Sequence record: MT135026.1
Reading direction: 5' to 3' (one strand)
DNA: 64,000 bases
Position numbers and translations under genes: made by a program. The notes beneath the pieces were generated by a model. The model saw only the letters and a program-made list of their open reading frames with translations. It was not told where the DNA came from and searched no databases. Positions 40,534 through 47,220 of the stretch are shown one piece after another; the stretch's first letter is position 1, and every line of letters starts with the position of its first letter.

Positions 40534-41055
40534 ATGAAACCATTGAAATTCGCACAAGCGTTTTCGAAAGAAGAACGCGCTGCAATGTCTCCTGAAGTAC
40601 GCAATAAACTGCGTGCTGAGTATAACGCTCGTTACCAAGAGTACATTGACAAGCACGTTAACGTGTACGTACGAAAAGATTTTCGACGTGAGCGTTGTTG
40701 GGTTATTCTTGCTAGATGTAAGAAGACTGGTAAAATTGTCGGTGAGATTGAAAACAGCTTCAGTATGGGCTGGTCTAAGGAGCGAGTGCGTGTTATTCGA
40801 CCGTACCTCGGGCGTGTCTTTGCAAGCAATGAACGCTTCTCTAAAGCTGATTACAACAAAGCTTGTGCAGAGTATATCGCTAACTACGATAAGCGCGTAA
40901 AGGAGCTTAGAGAGCGTTACAGCGAGACTCACGATGTCTTTATCGCTCGTGTGGGGAGTAAGAACTGTCCTATTGCTATTGATTGGGGCACGTTCTATAG
41001 CACAAAGAACAAACGAAACTTTGACTGGCGTAATTTGAAGTTCAAAGTTAAATAA
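40534..41055 (+). CDS. Hypothetical basic protein
   Basis: GAGG SD, ATG 40534 just after the 240-nt RNA. Confidence 0.75.
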   Translation: MKPLKFAQAFSKEERAAMSPEVRNKLRAEYNARYQEYIDKHVNVYVRKDFRRERCWVILARCKKTGKIVGEIENSFSMGWSKERVRVIRPYLGRVFASNERFSKADYNKACAEYIANYDKRVKELRERYSETHDVFIARVGSKNCPIAIDWGTFYSTKNKRNFDWRNLKFKVK

Positions 41056-41060
41056 TTCAT

Positions 41061-41176
41061 AGTCGGGTAGCTCAGTGGTAGAGCACGAAGAATGATACTG
41101 ACAAGTATCGCTCCAGCACTCCTTCAATTGCCTGTTAAGCACGTGGTCGCTGGTTCGAATCCAGCCCCGACTACCA
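41061..41176 (+). ncRNA. Interrupted tRNA-Asn(GTT)-like gene; 41-nt insert (41088-41128) at 28/29
   Basis: CG|TGC-CTGTTAA-GCACG is a perfect arm once the insert is removed; acceptor AGTCGGG/CCCGACT, CCA. Confidence 0.82.
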
Positions 41177-41201
41177 ATTTTAATAACAAGTGAGGTACAA
41201 C

Positions 41202-41435
41202 ATGAGTTTTGACATCAATAAAACTTTACTGACTCCGAAACAACTGCATAATCTAACGGACGAACGTCTGAACGAATATCGCAAGTCGTTTCGCAAACCT
41301 CTTGGGTTCTTGAAGCATCTGAATGACACTAACGAGTTGACTTCAGATCAACACAAGAAGTATGTTGAACTGAACCGCCATTACAACGATGAAATTCTCG
41401 TTGAAATGAACAAGCGAAAACACCTAGGTCGATAA
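41202..41435 (+). CDS. Hypothetical protein
   Basis: GAGGT SD, ATG 41202. Confidence 0.7.
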   Translation: MSFDINKTLLTPKQLHNLTDERLNEYRKSFRKPLGFLKHLNDTNELTSDQHKKYVELNRHYNDEILVEMNKRKHLGR

Positions 41436-41804
41436 GAAAATCGCAGAAAATTGAATTTTTTTTTCAATTTTCTGCGAAAATACCGCAAATCGTCAAATTT
41501 GGTGTTATAAGTACTATTATACAAACAAAAACATTTTTATTTTAACGTTTAGAGAGTTTCCATGACACATTCGAATACACATTCTGATATGATTTTACGC
41601 AGCGATTTTCTGCGCTCAGAATTCGTGTATCTAGCGAATCCGTGTGCGAAACAAGAGTGGTCTCCACAAACGTAGTCCAATAGTATAACATAGAAGTATA
41701 CTTGAGGACGCACGTAGCGTCCTTTTTTATGGGCGAAGAAAAATCAAAAATTTTGTTTAACGTACTTTGAAAGCAGAGTATGATAAACAAAGTTAAAGAA
41801 CAAA

Positions 41805-41878
41805 CGGGACGTGGCGTAAAGGTAGCGTTCATGCTTTGGGAGCATGTGGTAAGAGTTCGAGTCTCTTCGTCCCGACCA
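41805..41878 (+). tRNA. tRNA-Pro (TGG)
   Basis: CATGC-TTTGGGA-GCATG, C1-G72, A73, CCA. Confidence 0.93.
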
Positions 41879-41887
41879 ATTTAAAAT

Positions 41888-41964
41888 CCGTGACTAGCTC
41901 AATCTGGTAGAGTACTCCGTTTGGGGCGGAGAAGTTAAGCGTTCGAATCGCTTGTCACGGACCA
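41888..41964 (+). tRNA. tRNA-Pro (TGG), second copy
   Basis: CTCCG-TTTGGGG-CGGAG, CCA. Confidence 0.93.
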
Positions 41965-41971
41965 GTTTAAT

Positions 41972-42047
41972 GCCCGATTAGCTCAATTGGAAGAGCAGCG
42001 CCCTACGAAGGCGAAGGTTACAAGTTCGAATCTTGTATTGGGTGCCA
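41972..42047 (+). tRNA. tRNA-Arg (ACG)
   Basis: GCGCC-CTACGAA-GGCGA, CCA. Confidence 0.93.
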
Positions 42048-42050
42048 TAT

Positions 42051-42178
42051 TTCAGAATGCCTAGAAATGGGGAAATGCAGAGTTGCAACATACTCGGTAG
42101 AGAATAATTGATAGCCTCTGGCAACAACTGTTAGTTTACGCTATTACTCGAAGTGAGTTCAAGTCTCACCATTCTGAA
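42051..42178 (+). ncRNA. ~127-nt tRNA-like RNA
   Basis: TTCAGAATG/CATTCTGAA stem, T arm GTGAG-TTCAAGT-CTCAC, non-canonical middle, no CCA. Confidence 0.65.
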
Positions 42179-42343
42179 TTGATTTGATACGCTTAGGACC
42201 GTATCTCGTTAAGTACTGTCGTGATGATAGAATTTAACGAACTTTTTCACAAATTAGTGTTTAAGATGTCTTGATCGAGTGTTAAGATTAACACATAGAA
42301 AAATGAAAACGTTAAGTTCTTCAAAATAAATTCAAAAAAAGAT

Positions 42344-42373
42344 GTTTACAACGATATAAACATCATGTACAAT
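42344..42373 (+). promoter_or_regulatory. Early-type promoter for the tRNA sub-cluster
   Basis: GTTTACA-17-TACAAT with an A-tract upstream. Confidence 0.78.
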
Positions 42374-42400
42374 GAAGAAAAGAAGTTTACAAAATTTAAT

Positions 42401-42477
42401 GCGCATGTAGCCCAATTGGCAGAGGCACTGGTCTTAGAAGCCAGAAGTTAAGAGTTCGACTCTCTTCATGCGTACCA
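42401..42477 (+). tRNA. tRNA-Leu (TAG), short variable arm
   Basis: CTGGT-CTTAGAA-GCCAG, variable region AAGTT, A73, CCA. Confidence 0.9.
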
Positions 42478-42478
42478 T

Positions 42479-42553
42479 GCACCCTTAGCTTATCAGGAAA
42501 AGCGGCGGATTGAAGTCCCGCAGTGCTCGGTTCGATTCCGAGGGGGTGCACCA
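42479..42553 (+). tRNA. tRNA-Phe (GAA)
   Basis: GCGGA-TTGAAGT-CCCGC, CCA. Confidence 0.88.
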
Positions 42554-42559
42554 CATTCT

Positions 42560-42633
42560 GGGTCTATGATGTAATGGTAGCATATGGGACTTTTAATCCT
42601 TCAGTCAGAGTTCGAATCTCTGTGGACCCACCA
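42560..42633 (+). tRNA. tRNA-Lys (TTT)
   Basis: TGGGA-CTTTTAA-TCCTT, CCA. Confidence 0.9.
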
Positions 42634-42740
42634 TATTCAAAGATACTAAAGAGTATCTGTTAGCCTACTAGCTGGGCCCGTTAAATGATTATCTCAGCTA
42701 ACTTGCTAACTTGCTAGTTTGCTAACAAATACTTTTTAAT

Positions 42741-42815
42741 TCTCCCGTGGACTAACGGTAGGTCATCACCCTTTCAAGGTGAAGTGCGCGAGTTCGAATC
42801 TCGTCGGGAGAACCA
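42741..42815 (+). tRNA. tRNA-Glu (TTC)
   Basis: TCACC-CTTTCAA-GGTGA, CCA. Confidence 0.92.
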
Positions 42816-42821
42816 AATTAT

Positions 42822-42907
42822 GGAGCGTATGCGCCAAGGTGGCGCAGGGGACTGTAAATCCCTGACCCTTAACGGGTAGAGAGGTTCGATTCCTCTACGC
42901 TCCACCA
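42822..42907 (+). tRNA. tRNA-Tyr (GTA)
   Basis: GGGGA-CTGTAAA-TCCCT, long variable arm, CCA. Confidence 0.92.
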
Positions 42908-42912
42908 GTTTT

Positions 42913-43000
42913 AGCTTGCATACTGCAATTTAACTTACTCTATTGATCGCTCGACGAACTCAGTTCAGACAGCGATAAACAGACCAAAGAACGCAAGCTG
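42913..43000 (+). ncRNA. CWGCAA-motif RNA (88 nt)
   Basis: AGCTTGC-ATA-CTGCAA ... GCAAGCT-G. Confidence 0.7.
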
Positions 43001-43009
43001 TTGAATAAT

Positions 43010-43086
43010 TGCGGGGTAGAGAAGTGGTCATCTCGTCGGTCTCATAAGCCGGAGAACGCTGGTTCGAATCCAGCCCCACGCAACCA
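43010..43086 (+). tRNA. tRNA-fMet-like (CAT)
   Basis: TGCGGGG acceptor, TCGGT-CTCATAA-GCCGG, CGCAACCA end; one extra A in the 3' acceptor strand. Confidence 0.85.
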
Positions 43087-43093
43087 AATTAAT

Positions 43094-43192
43094 GGAAGGC
43101 TTAGCCGAAAGATTCTGGGTAGCGGCAACGGTCTTGAAAACCGTCGGTCACCGGGAGGTGATGTTAGGGTTCGAATCCCTAGTCTTCCGCCA
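43094..43192 (+). tRNA. tRNA-Ser (TGA)
   Basis: ACGGT-CTTGAAA-ACCGT, long variable arm, enlarged D loop, G73, CCA. Confidence 0.88.
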
Positions 43193-43256
43193 ATTAGTTA
43201 ACCGGGAAGTTTAGTCACTTAACCGATTAACACGAGCACTGAAATGTGCTCACTTT

Positions 43257-43330
43257 AGCTCCATAGTTTAACGGTAAAACACGCGACCGATAATCGCACG
43301 TTGACAGTTCGAGTCTGTCTGGGGCTACCA
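43257..43330 (+). tRNA. tRNA-Ile (GAT)
   Basis: GCGA-CCGATAA-TCGC (C33), CCA. Confidence 0.88.
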
Positions 43331-43337
43331 AATTTTT

Positions 43338-43411
43338 AGGGGCATGATGTAAAGGCAGCATGACGGATTCCAAACCCGTTCGTTAGAGTTCGAATCTCTA
43401 TGCCCCTGCCA
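43338..43411 (+). tRNA. tRNA-Trp (CCA)
   Basis: ACGGA-TTCCAAA-CCCGT, G73, CCA. Confidence 0.9.
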
Positions 43412-43427
43412 ATTATCAGAGGTGTTT

Positions 43428-43616
43428 ATGTACAGACTAGTGATGGTAATGAATGATTCGACTGTTGTCAAGTCGAGCGCATTAGCTTGTGACAATAACA
43501 AATCTGAATTCGGTTACGAAGATCGCTCGATTGAGCGAAAGGCTAAAATGTTAGCTAAACGAATCGAAAAGTTTGACGATGTTGACTCTTGTAAAGTTGA
43601 GAAGTTTACATCGTAA
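43428..43616 (+). CDS. Hypothetical protein
   Basis: GAGGTG SD, ATG 43428, between tRNA-Trp and a motif RNA. Confidence 0.65.
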   Translation: MYRLVMVMNDSTVVKSSALACDNNKSEFGYEDRSIERKAKMLAKRIEKFDDVDSCKVEKFTS

Positions 43617-43623
43617 CAGAATT

Positions 43624-43683
43624 AAGCAATCTTTCAGCAAACAATACAAAACTTTTATTTGGAAAAAGAGAAAAGGATTGCTG
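43624..43683 (+). ncRNA. CWGCAA-motif RNA (60 nt) with an anticodon-like hairpin
   Basis: AGCAATCT-TT-CAGCAA ... CTTTT-ATTTGGA-AAAAG ... GGATTGCT-G. Confidence 0.7.
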
Positions 43684-43694
43684 TTTAATTTAAA

Positions 43695-43769
43695 GGGTGT
43701 GTAGCTCAGAGGCAGAGCAGACGGCTGTTAACCGTCAGGTCGAGATTTCGAAATTCTCCACGCCCGCCA
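43695..43769 (+). tRNA. tRNA-Asn (GTT)
   Basis: GACGG-CTGTTAA-CCGTC, G73, CCA. Confidence 0.92.
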
Positions 43770-43775
43770 TATTTT

Positions 43776-43851
43776 GCCTTATTAACTCAGTCGGTAGAGT
43801 GTCTGGCTGTTAACCAGAGAGTCGTTGGTTCGAGTCCAACATAAGGCGCCA
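43776..43851 (+). tRNA. tRNA-Asn (GTT), second copy
   Basis: TCTGG-CTGTTAA-CCAGA, G73, CCA. Confidence 0.92.
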
Positions 43852-44073
43852 GTTTGACCATGACAATGTTTGAGAGCGTTGGTTGCGATGTCTGCTTGTG
43901 TGCAGAGATTTGAAACCTCCTGCATAGCAAGATCTCACTTTCATAGCATTTGTTAAAAACAAGAACGATGATGCCCTTTAGCGAGGGAATGCGTAGTACA
44001 ACTAAGAAATCAAGAAGTCGTTCAGCTAGTGTTTGGTTTGCACGAGCACAAAGCAACGTTAAGTTGTCTTTGG

Positions 44074-44149
44074 GGAGCCGAGGTGTAAGTGGTTGCATGT
44101 CTCCCTGTCACGGAGAAGGTAGCGGGTTCGAAACCCGTCGGTTCCGCCA
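44074..44149 (+). tRNA. tRNA-Asp (GTC)
   Basis: TCTCC-CTGTCAC-GGAGA, G73, CCA. Confidence 0.92.
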
Positions 44150-44168
44150 AAGATAATTTAAGAATAAT

Positions 44169-44242
44169 AGGGGATTGATGTAAAGGCAGCATACGTGACT
44201 TTGACTCACGCAGTACCGGTTCGAATCCGTTATCCCCTGCCA
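44169..44242 (+). tRNA. tRNA-Gln (TTG)
   Basis: CGTGA-CTTTGAC-TCACG, G73, CCA. Confidence 0.92.
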
Positions 44243-44250
44243 AATACCGA

Positions 44251-44367
44251 AGAGTGTTTTCAGCAAACAATTTACTAATATTCTTCTGATGAAAAGAAAT
44301 GTTTGGGGTTCGATTCCCTTTCAGTGTTGGTATCACTGGTCTGGACGACGCAAGTAATAACACTCAG
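44251..44367 (+). ncRNA. CWGCAA-motif RNA with anticodon-like and T-arm-like hairpins
   Basis: GAGTGTT/AACACTC stem; TTCTT-CTGATGAA-AAGAA; GGG-TTCGATT-CCC. Confidence 0.72.
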
Positions 44368-44371
44368 TAAC

Positions 44372-44447
44372 GCCCTGATAGCACAACTGGCAGTGCAGCT
44401 CACTTGTAATGAGCAGGTTCGCGGTTCAAATCCGTGTCAGGGCACCA
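44372..44447 (+). tRNA. tRNA-Thr (TGT)
   Basis: GCTCA-CTTGTAA-TGAGC, CCA. Confidence 0.93.
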
Positions 44448-44472
44448 TTTTCTAAACAACTGTGAGAATAAC

Positions 44473-44682
44473 ATGAACTATATTTCAATATGGTGTGAAT
44501 ATGACATTGGTGGCTATTTCGGTGGCAACAATAACGAAGATGCTTTTTCCGTTGATGAAAAACTATCTGATGAAGAAATTGAAGCAAAAGTTGCTGAATA
44601 TATTTCTGATATTGTTGGTGAGCCGATTGAAGAGCTTGAAGGTCTATACGGCTGGGATCATATTTCAATCACACAGTTGTAA
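44473..44682 (+). CDS. Hypothetical acidic protein
   Basis: ATG 44473 with GAGA SD, between tRNA-Thr and tRNA-Ala. Confidence 0.65.
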   Translation: MNYISIWCEYDIGGYFGGNNNEDAFSVDEKLSDEEIEAKVAEYISDIVGEPIEELEGLYGWDHISITQL

Positions 44683-44689
44683 TAATTAT

Positions 44690-44764
44690 GGGCCGTTAGC
44701 TTAATTGGGAAAGCGCCTCACTTGCAATGAGGAAGATAGGGTTCGACTCCCTGCGTGTCCACCA
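44690..44764 (+). tRNA. tRNA-Ala (TGC)
   Basis: CCTCA-CTTGCAA-TGAGG, G3:U70, imperfect acceptor stem, CCA. Confidence 0.85.
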
Positions 44765-44841
44765 AATTTCGATCACATGAGTGTAGAGTCTCTTTACTAC
44801 CATCTTCTACGCAATAGCTCATGGATCGAATTCTTTTCAAC

Positions 44842-44917
44842 GTCCTCATAGCTCAATTGGAAGAGCAACGACCTTCTAAGTCGTGGGTTGTGGGTTCGAA
44901 TCCCTCTGGGGATGCCA
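44842..44917 (+). tRNA. tRNA-Arg (TCT)
   Basis: ACGAC-CTTCTAA-GTCGT, CCA. Confidence 0.92.
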
Positions 44918-44978
44918 GATTAAGCTCTATCATGCGGCGAATGATACTTGCTTCGGCATATCACGAGCATGGTTTGAG

Positions 44979-45193
44979 AGACAATATACAGCAACAAATT
45001 AAAATCTTACTAAAAATGGTAATGATCTTAACCTGGGCAGTGCTTCGGTGCAGCTTGAAAGGAAAGATTCTCTCTGCCTAGAAATAGTCAGATAGGCGCG
45101 TCGCTGAAACAGACGATATTTGCTTGTTGAGAAGCAACAAGATAGTCAACTCCGATTCATGTTAAAGACGAAAAAACACTTCGGTATTGTCTG
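44979..45193 (+). ncRNA. CWGCAA-motif RNA (215 nt)
   Basis: AGACAATA/TATTGTCT stem; shares internal blocks with 47221-47467. Confidence 0.75.
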
Positions 45194-45422
45194 TACTTAA
45201 TTCGTCGGAAACGACACTACAGCCGAAAGGCACGATATGCTAACTCAGTTAGCCGTGATACAGGAAGTATCGCGTGGCATTATTATGAACGTTTCTAGTT
45301 ATCGTCATGTAAAACAATCAAAACTAAGATGAGGTAATAGTACCCACTATGTGGTTCCTCGCTCAGACCATGAATATATGGTGTCAGCCCGTGTGCGATT
45401 AAATGAGTTAATTACTACTTTT

Positions 45423-45498
45423 GGAGATGTAGCTCAAGTGGTAGAGCAATGGTCTCATAAGCCATTAGATCCGATTTCGAGTATCGGTGTCTCCACCA
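45423..45498 (+). tRNA. tRNA-Met (CAT), elongator-like
   Basis: ATGGT-CTCATAA-GCCAT, A73, CCA. Confidence 0.88.
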
Positions 45499-45523
45499 AA
45501 TTCAAGCAAAGAGGATAAGAAGC

Positions 45524-45681
45524 ATGACTACTTTACACTAAGCAAGGGCAACATACGCGATAAGATTCGCTGTGTTGAAAATCGTCTCGCGAAAGAGACC
45601 AACCCGTTCTTTATAAGAACACTTACTGTAGAGCTTACGAATCTGCGTGCAATACGTGATTTGTTCGACGCTTCAGATTAA
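45524..45681 (+). pseudogene. Possibly frameshifted small ORF
   Basis: SD GAGGA + ATG 45524 reads MTTLH-stop, while the long open frame (TLSKGNIRDKIRCVE...) is a different frame. Confidence 0.4.
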
Positions 45682-45685
45682 CAAT

Positions 45686-45759
45686 GCGGGTATGATGTAA
45701 TGGTAGCATGACGTCCTTCCAAGTCGTTCGTCTCGGTTCGAGTCCGTGTACCCGCTCCA
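45686..45759 (+). tRNA. tRNA-Gly (TCC)
   Basis: GCGGGTA acceptor, CTTCCAA loop, U73, CCA. Confidence 0.92.
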
Positions 45760-45764
45760 ATTTT

Positions 45765-45838
45765 GGTCCCTTAGTATAATGGCAGTACGTCTCTTTTACA
45801 CAGAGAAAGAAGTGGCTCGATTCCACTAGGGACTACCA
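45765..45838 (+). tRNA. tRNA-Val (TAC)
   Basis: TCTCT-TTTACAC-AGAGA, CCA. Confidence 0.9.
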
Positions 45839-45861
45839 TTCTTTATGATGAGAAATAAATT

Positions 45862-46101
45862 ATGACGCCTGTATTACTTGAAACTCACGAATACGTAAAT
45901 CAAAACCAAATTGAAAAACTGAAACGCATGGACAGACTTATGTTTGACTGTTGGCGCGCTGGTTATAAACGCGGTAAGATTTTAGAACGTGCTCTTGAAA
46001 TTGAGTCTTCAACAACTTCTGATGACATCGAAATTTATTTCAAAAATATGTTTACGAGAGAGCTATCGCCTGATAGTATCTACTTAAAGAAAACTGATTA
46101 A
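45862..46101 (+). CDS. Hypothetical protein
   Basis: 79 aa ORF filling the Val-His tRNA gap. Confidence 0.65.
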   Translation: MTPVLLETHEYVNQNQIEKLKRMDRLMFDCWRAGYKRGKILERALEIESSTTSDDIEIYFKNMFTRELSPDSIYLKKTD

Positions 46102-46155
46102 TGCACAGGGAGCGCATTCGTTTGATGTCGTAAACATCCCAAAGTGTACTTTGGT

Positions 46156-46232
46156 GTGGCAGTGGGTGAAGTGGAAATACCCCCGGGTTGTGATTCCGGA
46201 AGATGCGGGTTCGATCCCCGTCTGTCACCCCA
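46156..46232 (+). tRNA. tRNA-His (GTG)
   Basis: CCGGG-TTGTGAT-TCCGG, C73, CCA. Confidence 0.88.
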
Positions 46233-46335
46233 AAGTGCATTTAGCGAAAAAAGCATTGTAGTAGCGCATGGGAATTCTGAATGCTTGAAATACCCATTAA
46301 GATCGCCAGTAGCTCATGCAATGCACTAACATATT

Positions 46336-46409
46336 GCCCGAATCGTATAATGGAAGTATGAGGGATTGCAAATCCCGCGGTCAGAGTTCGATTCTCTGTT
46401 CGGGCTCCA
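46336..46409 (+). tRNA. tRNA-Cys (GCA)
   Basis: GGGA-TTGCAAA-TCCC, U73, CCA. Confidence 0.92.
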
Positions 46410-46411
46410 AT

Positions 46412-46488
46412 GCGCACGTGGTCCAATTGGCAGAGGCATGAGGCTTAAAATCTCAGGGATGGCGGTTCGAATCCGCCCGTGCGTACCA
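46412..46488 (+). tRNA. tRNA-Leu (TAA), short variable arm
   Basis: TGAGG-CTTAAAA-TCTCA, variable region GGGAT, A73, CCA. Confidence 0.9.
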
Positions 46489-46603
46489 AACTCTAGCATA
46501 AGCCGCGTTCTACACGAAGCTAGACTACCGCCGTTGAAAACGGTCTCAGCCGGGCGAAAGCTGACAGGCGTTAGGGATTAAAGAGTTGCGGCAGCTTATT
46601 CAA

Positions 46604-46680
46604 GCCCAACTAGGCCAATTGGCAGAGTCGCTAGTTTCAAACACTAGAAGTTCCGAGTTCGAATCTCGGGTTGGGCACCA
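46604..46680 (+). tRNA. tRNA-Leu (CAA), short variable arm
   Basis: CTAGT-TTCAAAC-ACTAG, variable region AAGTT, A73, CCA. Confidence 0.9.
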
Positions 46681-46902
46681 AATTCACTTAGCAACGCGAA
46701 TCGAAAGAGAGTGAATAGACCGTACGACACTATGGTCTTAAAAGAAGATATAGCTGAAAGGCTATGTGTAGACCTGCTAAGAGTCCCGCTGGTCGTTAAA
46801 TTATCAAAAGGGATCTGCGAAGCGCGTGGCACACGCCAGCAATAAGAGCAAATATGTGTCTGAGCATGAGAGCAGCATGCCACTGTTTAAAAGTCGTTCA
46901 GT

Positions 46903-46910
46903 TATAAATA
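46903..46910 (+). promoter_or_regulatory. T4-type late promoter
   Basis: TATAAATA upstream of the 59-aa ORF. Confidence 0.8.
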
Positions 46911-46935
46911 CAATAAACTAACTGAGGGATGACAA

Positions 46936-47115
46936 ATGAAACTTAAAACGTTTGATGAATATCACAAGCTTGTTGAGAAAGTCGAGAAGCGTGGCGACAA
47001 ATGGGTTGCTCTTTCATCTAAAGGTCGAGTACTTGGTACTCATGACACTGAGAAAGAAGCCAACGCGCAAATCGCTGCTGTCGAGATTAGCAAAGCAGAG
47101 CGTGGTAAGAAATGA
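46936..47115 (+). CDS. Candidate internal head protein (59 aa)
   Basis: Not in ORF track; MKLKTFDEYHKLVEKVEKRGDKWVALSSKGRVLGTHDTEKEANAQIAAVEISKAERGKK; TATAAATA at 46903-46910, GAGG SD, capsid-targeting-like N-terminus. Confidence 0.7.
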   Translation: MKLKTFDEYHKLVEKVEKRGDKWVALSSKGRVLGTHDTEKEANAQIAAVEISKAERGKK

Positions 47116-47120
47116 TCTAC

Positions 47121-47209
47121 GGAGATATGGTCTAAAGGTATGACAGCACCCTGCTAAGGTGTCGGACGTTAATAGCGTTCTCTGGGTTCGATTCCCAGTA
47201 TCTCCGCCA
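47121..47209 (+). tRNA. tRNA-Ser (GCT)
   Basis: GCACC-CTGCTAA-GGTGT, long variable arm, G73, CCA. Confidence 0.92.
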
Positions 47210-47220
47210 AATTCGCAATA

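Noticed and set aside
38758-41128. tRNA inserts as group I/II or bulge-helix-bulge introns
   Set aside because: 39-49 nt is far too short for self-splicing introns, and no consistent BHB geometry was visible at the junctions.
40504-41142. 212-aa minus-strand ORF
   Set aside because: Antisense to a gene with a good SD and to a tRNA-like gene; no recognisable motifs.
46155-46156. tRNA-His lacks an encoded G-1 (T at -1)
   Set aside because: Single-base observation whose meaning depends on processing; too weak to report as a finding.
46582-46597. AG-AGTTGCGG-CAGCTT as a 13th motif copy
   Set aside because: The hexamer deviates (CAGCTT) and the partner strand ends CTA, not CWG.
43787-46883. Many 60-110 aa ORFs overlapping tRNAs on either strand
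   Set aside because: They are translations of tRNA or ncRNA sequence without SD or coding features.
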